A stretch of DNA of 64,000 bases from Mobula birostris (Eukaryota): positions 14,281,884 through 14,345,883 of the forward strand of contig NC_092371.1 of assembly GCF_030028105.1 (NCBI RefSeq), in the 5' to 3' direction. The notes beneath the pieces are model-generated. The model had not been told where the DNA came from, searched no databases, and saw only the letters and a program-made list of their open reading frames with translations. The stretch's first letter is position 1, and the number at the start of each line of letters is the position of its first letter. Positions 34,140 to 46,100 of this stretch are shown here, piece by piece. A program made the position numbers and the translations under genes.

Positions 34140-36590
34140 TTTTCTAAAATTGACTCCTTCTACCTTAGGCTACGAACTTATCAGTCACCCCTGTATATAG
34201 CTGCTCTCAGGGCCCTTTTAATCTTACAGTTACTGAACACATCCCAAAAGGATTCAACTTCTTCCGATCCTGTGTCACATCTTTCTACTGATTTGATGCC
34301 ATTGTTTACAAGCAGAGCCACGCCATCTCCTCTGCCTACATTCTTATCCCTCCGATACAACGTGTAAGCCTGAACATTCATCTCCCAACTACAACCATTC
34401 CTCAGCCACGATTTCAGTGAAGGCCACAATATCATACCTGACGGTCTGCAATAGTGCAACAAGATCATCCACCGTATTTCTTATCCTCCGTGCATTGTGC
34501 TCCAGTGAATCCTGGAAATTTCATACCATTCACTGTATGCCTATATCTCACGAGAGGCTGCTGGCTGATTAGGCGAATATTATTATTCTCAGAATAAACT
34601 TTACCCGTAAATAAAAAAAAAAGAAAACCGTCAAATAGCTTTCCATTCTCACTTCTTAATCAATGTTTTCAGTATTGTTCTATTACATTCCTTTAAAACC
34701 AATTGGACTGTGGGCCCTGATGTGGCCCCCTGGGGGTGGTACTCTATTAAAACTTGAGAGGCTTACTCATCTAATCCGGGTCCTCTCTCCAGTGGCGGTG
34801 GAACCCTACAGTGCCGTCCTCCCCGTCCGAGCCCTAGTGGTAACTGCTCCATATTCAGTGTGTCACTTAGCATGTACCTCTGCAACCTGGAATGCACCAG
34901 CTCATTATTCGCGATATACTGGGACTGAGTTAATTTCATGGGCGCATTTGAACACCAGCATCTTCTGGGTCCGAGGGGACAGACTAGATGAAACAAGGAT
35001 GGTAGATTTAATCTTGAATCATCGGTAAACTAGTTGGGATCTACGCGAGGAAACCATGGATTCCATTTTTAAACGTTTGCAGATTTGCTTATTTCAGTAA
35101 ATTTGAAAGCCATACTTGGCGAGAGGGCATTTGACCTTGCGTCTTCGTGGCACCTATCCTACAACTTCTTCATTTTCCCCAGAATCTCACACATTGCTGC
35201 CCTGCTGGCATCCCTGCCAGCATCTCCTTCCAACTTCCTTCGGTCAACTTCTCTCTCATACCATTGACATTTCCTTTACTCCACTGAAATAGTGCTATGT
35301 CAGACCTTACTTTCTACCTATCAAATTTTAAGTTGAATTCAATCAAATCTGTCTTCTAAGGATTCCTTTACCTTAAGCTCCCTTATCACCTCCAGTTCAT
35401 TACATAACACCCAATCCAGGAAAACTGATCCCTTCGAAGGCTCAACAGCAAACCGCTCTAAAACGCCATCTCCTATGCATGCAACAAATTCTCCCTCTGA
35501 AGAACCATTACCAACTTGATTTTCCCAATCAATGTGCATATTGAAATCTCTCACGGTTATTACTTTTGACACGCCTTTTCGATTTCTCGTTGTAGTCTGT
35601 GGTCTACATCCCAGCTAATATTGGGAGGCCTTGCATATAACTGCCATTAGGGTCCTTTTGCCCTTACAGTTGCTTAACACATCCCACAAGGATTCAACAT
35701 CTTCCGATCCTATGCCACATCTTTCTACTGATTTGATGCCATTCTTTGCAAGTAGAGCCACAACACCTCCTCTGCCTACTTTCCTATCCCCCCGTTACAC
35801 CTGTAACCTTGAACATTCAGCTCCCAACTACAACAATCTATCAGCCACGATTTCAGTGATAGCCTCAACATGATACGTGACAATCTGTGATCGTGCAACA
35901 AGATCATCCACCTTATTTCTTATCCTCCGTGCGTTGTGCACAGTGACTCCGTGTGTTAGATATGGATATTTCGATACCATTCACTGTATGCCTACAGCTC
36001 ACCAGAGACTGCTGGTTAATTAGGCGAGTATTATTTTTATCAAAATAAACTTTACCCGTAAATACAAAAATAGAAGAATAAACTGGCCAATAAATTTTCA
36101 TTCTTACATTCCTAATCAATGTTTTAAATACTGCTCTATTTCATTCCTTTAAAACCAATTGAACTGTGGGCACTTATGTGGCTCCCTGGTGGCGGAGGTG
36201 GGGGGGTGGGGGAGAGAGTATACTACTGAAAAAGTGAGGTGCTTACTCATCCATTCCGGGCCCTCTCTCCAGTGACGGTAGAACCCTACACTGTGGTCCT
36301 CCCCTTCCGAGATCTTGTAGTAACTGCTCCAACTTCAGTGTGTCACTTAGCACGTACCCGTGCAACCCGGAATGCATCAGCCCATTGTCCCTGATTTAGT
36401 GGGACTGAGTTAATTTCATTGGCGCATTTGAACACCTGCGATATCTGTCTGGCTCCGAGGTGACAGTCTAGAAGAAACAATGATGTCACATTTACACCGG
36501 ATTCGTCAGTAAACTAGGTGTGATCTACGCGAGGCAACCATGGATACTAGTTTTAAACGTGTTCAGACTTATTTATTTCAGTAAGCTTTA
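34140..36590. repeat. Diverged local tandem duplication (about 34140-35100 and 35620-36590), each copy a CR1 endonuclease fragment plus about 600 bp of unclassified sequence
   Basis: Collinear shared blocks, e.g. AATAAACTTTACCCGTAAATA, CCTTTAAAACCAATTG, CTTACTCATC, GGGACTGAGTTAATTTCAT, GATCTACGCGAGG. Confidence 0.85.
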
Positions 36591-37102
36591 AATCCACAGC
36601 TGGCCAGAGGGGGATTCGAACTGCCGTCTTCGTGGCGGTGGCCGGGCCTGGAAGCTCTCAGGAACAGATCTAATCACCTGGCACTCTCTTGGCTTCATCT
36701 GATCACCTGGACCACCCCTCCGATAGCCTGCTCCAATCATTCCCATCCCGCTGCCATCAGGACGACCGCGTGTTCCCACCTCCGAAATCACCGGATCTCC
36801 CCATCTCCTCCCGCCACGCCCCTTCTGACAAACTTCAACCATTTCCTGCCCTCATACCTCCTGACGCCTGTCACTACAAGAACTTTATCTCCTGTTCCAC
36901 TTAGGGTAAAGTTTGAAAGCAGCAAGTTACCAACGGCGAAATCCCTACTGGATATTTTAAGTAAATTTTTCGCAGGGAAAGAGAACACATTGCACCCGCG
37001 CAGTCAGCTTCTTTCTCGCGCAAACAGTTACAGCGGTTAAACGTTTCCGCTGAGTCGTACACTTCAGGGAAACGGTCTGAAAAGGGCTCAGCGGGATCTC
37101 AC

Positions 37103-37172
37103 CGGTATGCAGAACGGGGAGTCACCTCCTCCTATCGGGACTACTCGTCCCGCGGGGATCGCGGCGTTTCAT
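37103..37172 (-). pseudogene. Candidate decayed first (leader) exon of the minus-strand pseudogene
   Basis: Strong Kozak GCACCATGA, 70 nt ending in phase-1 donor G|GTGAGA, CCAAT box about 100 nt upstream in CpG-rich DNA; but it contains a TGA and is not hydrophobic. Confidence 0.35.
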
Positions 37173-37829
37173 GGTGCCTGTTGGGAACGGCTTTACGGAT
37201 CAAAGTGGCCAACTGCCCGTTCACCGCCTCTGTGTCACTGGGATTCAGTCGCCGCATTCTGGAAGAGGGCTGATTGGAGGAAATGTAAAGACGGGGCCCC
37301 TTGTTTTCCTAGGAGCTGCCGGAAAAGAAAGCAGCCGCTTAAAGGGGCAGCGTCCCTCCTCCATCGCAGGTGCTGCAAACGACAGGATTGACTGCTGCGG
37401 TTCCAGGGGACAACGAGCACTTCTTTAGAAATCCGGTCGCCAGAATTTTAAAGGGTCTGTCCACTCTGTCTGAATTCTAACCCGATTCAGCCGTACCGTG
37501 TTGCCACTCCGGGAAACCTCCCCTTCCCATTAAAGGGGCAGGGTCCTCTTTTATCTGGTCCCTCATACTCCGGTGGATGGCCTCCTGCAAAGGGCAACGA
37601 CCTACCACAATCGCCCAGCTAGCGACTGAAGAGAGATCCGAAGCAACTCACAAAGGAACTGGAGGAACTCAGCGGGTCAGGCAGTATCTGTGGAGGAAAG
37701 TGGACAGTGGACATTTCGTGTCGATACCCTTTATCTGTGCTACCAATGAAGACATATCGTCCCCGAAATATACAGACCCCAGTTTCCCACGTTAACATGA
37801 TGTTATTAAACTAAATAAAGGTGTTATTA

Positions 37830-38430
37830 AAATATTGGCAACAGTATTAGTTTATTATTGTGACATGTACCAAGATATCGTTGAAAGCTTGACCTGTGTA
37901 CTCTTTAGACAGATCAAATCACTACACAATGCACTAAGGTAATACGAGGTACAATTACAATGTAGAATAAAGTGTAGCAACTACAGAGAAAGTGCAGCGC
38001 GGGTAAACAATGAAGTGCAAATAATATCCAGGTAGCCAGAAGTCCATCCACACAAGAGGGCTGTACAGGGGTCTCATAAGAGTAGATGGAAGCTGCACTT
38101 GGGCCTGGTGGTACGTGCTGGCATGGCTTTTGTATCTTCTGCCCGTTGGGAGAGCGAAGAACTGAGAATGTGCGGGGTGGGTGGGGTCTTTCATTATGTT
38201 TACTGAGGGTGGTTTCCGTGGTATGCTGAGCTCTGTTCACAATTCTCTGCAGTTTCTCCTGGCTCTGGTTGTGGCGTCCGCCATAGACCTGTTTCGGCGG
38301 TAGGTGAATTGCAGCGGGTGGAGGTTTTCCAGAAAGCTGGGGTGGATACGGGCCATAATGAAGCTGTCGGAGCTTTTCATCACGCCAGATGTCAAAGCTA
38401 CAGTTGCGGTGGTCTTTAAGGCACGTCATT
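37830..38430 (-). mobile_element. Rex1/Babar-type LINE 3' fragment
   Basis: KLQRIVNRAQH..DPTHPAHSQFFALPTGRRYKS. Confidence 0.7.
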
Positions 38431-38949
38431 TTGTTTCCCTTAAGTACTGGACTGATAGTGGTCTACTTAAAGGAGGAGGGAATTAAACCAATGCAGGGAG
38501 AGGTTGAATTTTACTGTTATTTTATCCGCATGGAATCTAACATCATGGACAAATACACAATCCGGGTCCAATTCAATCGGTATGAACTAGAAAGAGCTTA
38601 AAAGGATGTTGCATTGACTTGAGGACTCGAGTTACAGGGGAAGTTTGAGTAGGGTAGGACAGTTCTCTGGAATGTTAGAAATTGAAAAGTGACCTGACAG
38701 GTATATAAGATCATGAGCGGCGAAGGCAAGGCGAAAACACGCCGTCTTTTTTCCACCTAACGGGCGCTAAGAAGAGGACATAGGTTTAAGATCAGATGCG
38801 AGAGATTTAAAACGAGAATCAGGGGCTGCTTTTTCACGCAAAGGGTGCTGCGTATTTTAAAGGAGCTGCCAGAAACTGTGTCGAGGCGAGTACATTAACA
38901 AAGTTTAAAAGCCATCTAGAAAAGTAGAAGGATAGGAGAGGGTTACAGG

Positions 38950-38950
<1 letters not shown>

Positions 38951-39009
<59 letters not shown>

Positions 39010-39014
39010 TGTGT
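38951..39014. repeat. Compound (CT)n(GT)n microsatellite
   Basis: Directly visible, lying between the two divergent start codons. Confidence 0.95.
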
Positions 39015-40069
39015 TTTTATACATGTGATCTGATTTTCGATCAAGATAATAGAACCACTTAGTGCAATCAAACACTCAGTATAATTGGTTTATTATTGTA
39101 CCCAGCAACAATGAAAAAAAATCTTTCTTTCCCGTTCATTCCAGAAAGATCGTTTCATCACATCAGTACAACTCCCACTGGTTACTGGCAATGTACTCCA
39201 TGCCAGCCTCCTCCCCCCACCCTGCTCAACATTTAACTTCATCCCTCTCCTCGTTAACCTTCTGTTTAACTTCAACTTCTGTGTAAATACTTCAACGAGC
39301 TGCGCTGCCCACTGTGCGGTCTTCAGGCGAGAAGTTAAACTGAAGCCCGCCTATTCATGGCCACTCCACTGAAACAAGAGAAAGTGACCTCTTTCCGTCC
39401 TTGGAGCCAATATCTATCAATCCAGACCAGAGGCCATTACATGGCCGGTTTGTGGGAGCTTTCCGTGTAAATATTGCTCGGTGCCTTTTCAACTTTGCAG
39501 GCTCGATTAGAAAAAACACACTCCGTTGTGTATTAAACATCTTGGGCAGACAGAAGGCCTGAAACATGTTAAAAACGTCCTTGGCCGCCTCCAACACAAC
39601 CATCGCCGCCTGGAAACATCGCCAAAACCACTTCAGCAAACACTTTTAGATTTAAAATTAACCCCGACAAGGTAGCCGCCCACCCCTCTGCATATACTTC
39701 TCTGGCGTAAGATTTCCTGTACTAATTAGGCCTTAACGATAAATCTAACTAGAGTCCTGTCTACAGTCTCACACCCCAGGGTTAGCACGATGTAGAGTGC
39801 TTCGAGTGTGGTCAGACCGACGCGAGTAGACGTATATATTTTTCTATGTGTTTGCAAACCGCGTTCCATCTGCGTGTACCTGGCCCTGCGTAAACAGGAA
39901 ACCCACAGAACGCCTCTACCTTGTTCCAATACAACCGAACATTTACTAATTAACATTACGTTTGATTTTCATCAATTACAAAGGATCTCACCCCTCCCTT
40001 GCACCGATTTTACAAACCGATGAACACGCGTCTGCGATTAACACTCGGAGTTTAACTCGGTCACGAACA

Positions 40070-40112
40070 ATGAGATGCTTCGCAGTCTTCGCGCTCTCTT
40101 ACCTACTGCAGG
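40070..40112 (+). CDS. Leader exon (MRCFAVFALSYLLQ)
   Basis: ACAATGA start, hydrophobic, donor G|GTAAGT; splices in frame to VCVSQA. Confidence 0.85.
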
Positions 40113-43100
40113 GTAAGTGACCAGAATTTCGAGCAGAGAAGAGCTTGTGCAGCTAGTTCAGAGGGAATGTTGATCGTTAATTAACTGAAGGGATTTGGTA
40201 GAATAAAGAAGGGGGTTGTAATATCGGAGGGCATGCAGTTAGGTTGAAAGGGGGTAGATTTGCAGGAGATGGGCGGGGTAGATAATGGTGGTGCTTGGAA
40301 AGTGCTGGGGTAGTGGCAGAGGCAGACACATTAGGAACTTTTAAAATACGTTTAGATAGGCGCATTGATGCGCGCAAAATGGCCGTTGTGTCGGCAGAAG
40401 AGATTAGATGACCACTTGATTATTAATTTAATTGGCTCGACAAAAAAGGGCCCGTTACTGTGCTGTACTGATCTATATTCTATGTTCATATTTTTATTTA
40501 ACTACCGATAGCCGATAATCAGAGAAAGCAGAAGGTAGAATTAGGAAGATAGATTATTCGGGAGGGAAGGTGCGGTAAATTTATTCCTACCCCACTAGGG
40601 AATGAAATAACTGGAATGATTTCCAACGGAGTTTTAAGAAAGGAATTATGGGACTAGAACAGTTGGTAGTACAACTAACTGTACAGACTGAGCATGCTAC
40701 TCTTTCTGTGTTCCAAAGTCTCAATTCGTAATAAGATGGCGCGGTTAGTCGCTGTATCATGCGTTAGAGGACAACATCTGTGATTAAATCTTCCTTTTTT
40801 TAGTTTGTGTGTCGCAGGCCGCCTTGTTCCAGTCTCCGCCGATTCAGACCGTCCGTGTCGGAGGTCGGACCGTCCTGAACTGCAGCCGGGACCGGGGTGT
40901 GCTTGCTTATATAAACTGGTATAAACGGAGCGACCAAAGGCATCTGCAGTTCGTTGCCAGGGTGGGCAGATTCGTGGAAGCAGAGGGGAGGTTCTCGGGC
41001 CAGGTGGACGAAGAATCAGCCACTTACTCCCTGGTGATAGAAAACGTCCAACGAAATGATTCTGGGATCTACCTCTGCGCAGACCAGTTCTATGGCGAGT
41101 TCGGCAATGGATCCAAACTAGTGGTCACAGGTAACTTGTCGTAACTAGTTCATACATTTCTTTTGATGCTGGGATCCTTTTTTAAAGTCCATCACCCCTT
41201 TGGGCATAGGCGCTGAAAGCAGTTCACCAGAGTCTTCTATCCTGGGCCACTTTCAAATTGTCCCCGTGTGTAGCCCAAGCTCCTTCTTCTCCCAGGGAGC
41301 TTCTGTTTGCGTTACTGTAGCACTGAAGTTTTACGGGATGGGGTTGCGAATCCCATATCCAGCTCTGCTCCTTTCATAGCCTGATTTAGGACTGTACATG
41401 GTGGCGTTTGCTGGGGCCCGGAGGGTACGTGGGAAGTATAAGTAATACGTTCAGAAATGAGACGGGTATTTGTGATGCTGTTGGAAGTGCGGAGATTAGG
41501 TTTGAGCTACAGAGCCATAATGATGAGGTTAATTCAGTTTGATTTAGAGATACAGCACGGCATCAGTCTCTTTCAATTACCAGTTAATTTTCACGTCTAT
41601 AGAAGGTGGGAGGAAATCAGAGCACACGGAGGAAATCCACGCGTTCTCGTACTAACCCTGACAGGTAGCTACGGGGATTGAACCACAGGCTTACGTTTGG
41701 CTCACTAAAGAGTTGCCATAACAGCTACGCTACCGTGGCTCCCTTAAAGGTGGTCAGAACAATGGCAGATGAAGTTTAAATCTGAGAACTTCGAGGCGAA
41801 GTATTTTGGAAGCTCGGGAACAGATATAATGAACGGCAGTACCAAAGGCGACTTGGAGACGAGGTGGGGAAGCGAACATACCAAATACTTGTGTTCAGTT
41901 GCTGCGGAATAGAATCTAAGAGCAAGGAAGTGCGTATATTCAAACTGTGTAACACTTTAATCAAACCAAAATTGGAGTCGTGTGTTAAAATTGGAGCCTG
42001 GACGTTAAACTATAGCAGGGGCGCGATTGCACTGGAGAGGAAGCTGAGGATTCAACCTTGTGGCTCGTCAGTTTGGCGAAGTGTCAGCTGGGGAGCGGTT
42101 TTGGAATTGTGGCCGTGACTCCACATATTTCAAGGCGGTTTGGAATATAAAAGTTCACATGAACCAGAAATAAACTGGGCAAATCCGTGTTCGTTAGTAT
42201 TAGACAGGACCTGGATAGAGTTGAATGGGAGGACCTGCTTGCTCGTAAGTCCATATGTGTATGGAAGGAGAAATGGGAAGAGCTCAGGGCCAACATGTTC
42301 CGGTAAGGGTAAAAGGTGGAGGTCATAATCTCAGAGAACCATGGACGGCAAGGTTTTTCAGGATGGATAAAAATAAACAAAAAATGAAACTGATGGTATC
42401 TATAGGAAGTTAAAGACGAACGAAGCCCTTCCTGGTATAAAAAAGCAAGGCAATGCTTAAAAGGCAGATTAAGGAAAGTCACAAAATATCACTGGCAAGC
42501 AGATTAAAGCTTATCTGCTAGCCACCTAAAAGTGTATGAAGGGCGAAAGATCATCCAAGGAAATGGAAATTAGAGCCCATTTCGAGCAACGGCCGAATCT
42601 GACTTTGGAGCCAGAAGATATTGGAGTCGTCATAAATGACCATAAGACCATAAGTCAAAGGAGCAGAAACCGGCCATTCGGCCCATCGAGTCTGCTCCGC
42701 CATTTTATCATGCGCTGATCCATTCTCCCATTTAGTCCCACTCTCCCGCCTTCTCACCATAACCTTTGATGCCCTGCCTACTCAGATACCTATCAATCTC
42801 TTCCTTAAATACACCCAATGACTTTGCCTACACTGCTGCCCATGGCAACAAATTCCATGGATTCACCACCCTCTGACTAAAAAAATTGCTTCGCATTTCT
42901 GTTCTGAACGGGCGCCCTTCAATCCTTAAGTCATGCCCTCTCGTACTAGACTCCCCCATCATGGGAAACAACTTTGCCACATCCACTCTGTCCATGCTTT
43001 TCAACATTCGAAATGTTTCTATGAGGTCTCCCCTCATTCTTCTAACCTCCAAGGAATACATTCCAAGATCGGACAAACGTTCCTCCTATATTAACCGTCT

Positions 43101-46100
43101 CAATCCCAGAATCATTCTAGTGAATCTTCTCTGTACCCTCTCCAACGTCAGCACATCCTTTCTTAAATAAGTAGCCCCAAACTACCCACAGTACTCCAAG
43201 TGAGGTCTCACCAGCGCCTTATAGAGCCTCAACATCACATCCCTGCTCCTATACTCTATTCCTCTAGAAACGAATGCCTCTAGAAACATTGCATTCGCCT
43301 TCTTCACTACCGACTCAACCTGGAGGTAACCTTAAGGGTATCCTGTACGAGGATTCCAATTCCCATTACACCTCAGTACTTTGAATTCTTTCCCCATATA
43401 AATAATAGTCTTCCCGTTTATTTCTTCTGCCAAAGTGCATAACCATACACTTTCCAACATTGGATTTCATTTGCCACTTCTTTGCCCATTCTTCCAATCT
43501 ATCCAAGTCTCTCTGCAGACTCTCTGTTTCCTCAGCACTACCGGCCCCTCCACCTATCTTCGTATCGTCAACAAACTTAGCCACAAAGCCATCTATTCTA
43601 TAATCCAAATCGTTGATGCACAATGTAAAAAGAAGCGTCCCCAACACGGACCCCTGTGGAACACCACTGGTAACCGGCAGCCAACCAGGATAGGATCCCT
43701 TTATTTCCACTCTCTGTTTCCTGCCAATCATCCAATGCTCTATCCAAGTATGTAACTTCCCCGTAAATCCATAGGCTCTGGATTTGTCAAGTGGCCTCAT
43801 GTGTGGCACCATGTCAAAGGCCTCCTGAAAATCCAAATATACAACATCCACTGCATCTCCTTTGTCTAGCCGACTTGTAATTTCCTCAAAAAATTGTAAT
43901 AGGTTTGTCAGGCAGGATTTTCCTTTGAGGAATCCATGCTGAGTTCTGCCTACCTTGCCATATGCCTCCAGGTACTCTGTCACCTCAACCTTGACAATCG
44001 ACTCCAAATGAATACGCTTCATCAGAATTCACAAAGGGAGCGCACCTTGTAGATGAAGGCTTCGGTGAAGGGAAAGGTGAACTTTTGGTGTAAATCTCAA
44101 TAAATGACAAAAAAATGATTGAAGCCGTAGCGGCCTTAAAAGTGGAAAATCAGCGGATCTATCCGAGGCGTCCGTGACAAGCAAACTGTGAGATTGCTGG
44201 GTCTTTAACTGAGATATTGTAAATACCAACTGCGTACATGTGAGGATCCTGGAAGATACCAATTGGCGTACCAGGGAAAAGACTGGCAACTATAGACCTA
44301 TGAATCGAACATCAGTCGTAGAAATCTGAAAGGACTGAACTCCGAGGGACAGGTTTAATAATATCTTGGAGTGACAAGGTCTAATCAGAGACAGCCAAGC
44401 TGACTTTGTCAATAGCTGAGCATGTCTGAACAATCTGATCGAAATTCCTAAAGAGCTGGCCGAGTCTATGATTGAGAACAGAGCAATCAATATATGCTTT
44501 GCAAGCACTTCAGTGAGGCCTCTGACAAAGTCCCACAGACACATGGACCAGGGCAATTTATCAAACAATTCCGCATGAGACTGGCAACAAGGGGCAAGGG
44601 AAGGTTAAATGCCTGTTAGAACATAGAACATAGAATAGTACAGCACAGTACAGTACAGGCCCTTCGGCCCACAATGTTGTGCCGACCCTCAAACCCTGCC
44701 TCCCATATGAGCCCCCACCTTAGATTCCTCCATATACCTGTCTAGTAGTCTCTTAAACTTCACTAGTGTATCTGCCTCCACCACTGACTCAGGCAGTGTA
44801 TTACACGCACCAACCACTCTCTGAGTAAAAAACCTACTTCTAATATCCCCTTGCACTTCCCACCCCTTACCTTAAAGCCATGTCCTCTTGTATTGAGCAG
44901 TGGTGCCCCGGGGAAGAGGCGCTGGCTATCCACTCTATCTATTCCTGTTATTATCTTGTACACCTCTATCATGTCTCCTCTCATCCTCCTTCTCTCCAAA
45001 GAGTAAAGCCCAAGCTCCCTTGACTCTGATCATAATGCATACTTTCTAAACCAGGTAGCATCCTGGTAAATCTCCTCTGTACCCTTTCCAATGCTTCCAC
45101 ATCCTTACTAGCGGTGTTCCGCAAGAATAGGTGGAGGAAAGGTTCTCCAAGTACCTTTGCTACTTGAAATATTCTAGAATAGCTTAGATTTTGATATAAG
45201 AAGCAAGATCAGTAATTTTGTGGAGAAGACAAAGAAGGGCGAAATAGTGGATAGTGCGGATAGTGTGAAAGTTAGTCTTTGTCCAAGAGGTGATACTGAA
45301 GTGTTGTTGAAATGGATTATAAATGTTAACCCCAGAATAACGCGAGGGGCTGCGGTTTGGGAGGATTAATGAGGAAAGGACATCTGAAATTTGGAGGTTG
45401 AGGAACAAAAGGACCCTGGATTACAAGATCCAGTGATCCAGCAAGGTGGCATCGCACGTACATACTGTGATTAGGAAGGCAAATGGATATTGGCCTTTCA
45501 TTAGTCAGGTTATTGAATAGAGAGGCAGGGAGGTTATAGATCAACTTCGTAACACGAAGTGAGCAGCAGGAGGCCCTTCCACACATTTGAGGTAGACAGA
45601 CAAGAGAGCATAGATTTAGTATAAGGCAGAAGAGTTTCGGGGGTATCTGAAGAGGAACAACTGTGGGTATGTCCTAGAATGGTTGCAGCAGATTTGCTGA
45701 CAGCATCTGAGAGGTGTCCAGATGCGTTCATTGATGAGCTAGACTGAAGGGTCTTGGCTAAGTGTAGGAAGATGGGATTAAGGTGGATTGGTGCCCACTG
45801 GTCGATATGATGAGCTGTATTGTCTGCTTCCCCGCTGTGGGTATTTATCACAACGATGTCGTTTCGTTTGCGAGGGTCGGCTGTGTGCGTTGCTTAGTTT
45901 TCCTTGGGGTGGAGACGGTAAGCTGATAGAACTCTAGAACATTAGCTGAGCCTAATCACGGGACAATATACAATGACCAATTAACCTACTAACCGGTACG
46001 TCTTTGGACTGTGTGGGGAAACTGGAGCATTCTGAGGAAACCCACGATTTCCACGGGGAATGGCGTTTCATGGCGACAAACTCCTTACAGTGGACGCCGG

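Larger units (their letters stand above)
28987..37172 (-). pseudogene. Pseudogene of a non-rearranging VJ-C1-TM receptor, paralogous to 40070-53857
   Basis: V exon 33359-32867, C1 exon 32783-32470, probable TM exon 29282-29137, probable cytoplasmic exon 29066-28987 and candidate leader 37172-37103; same order and splice phases as the intact gene; several disabling lesions. Confidence 0.8.

Noticed and set aside
44029-44289. LLVTDASD as a Gypsy RNase H fragment
   Set aside because: Only one short motif; the expected GAVL continuation is absent.
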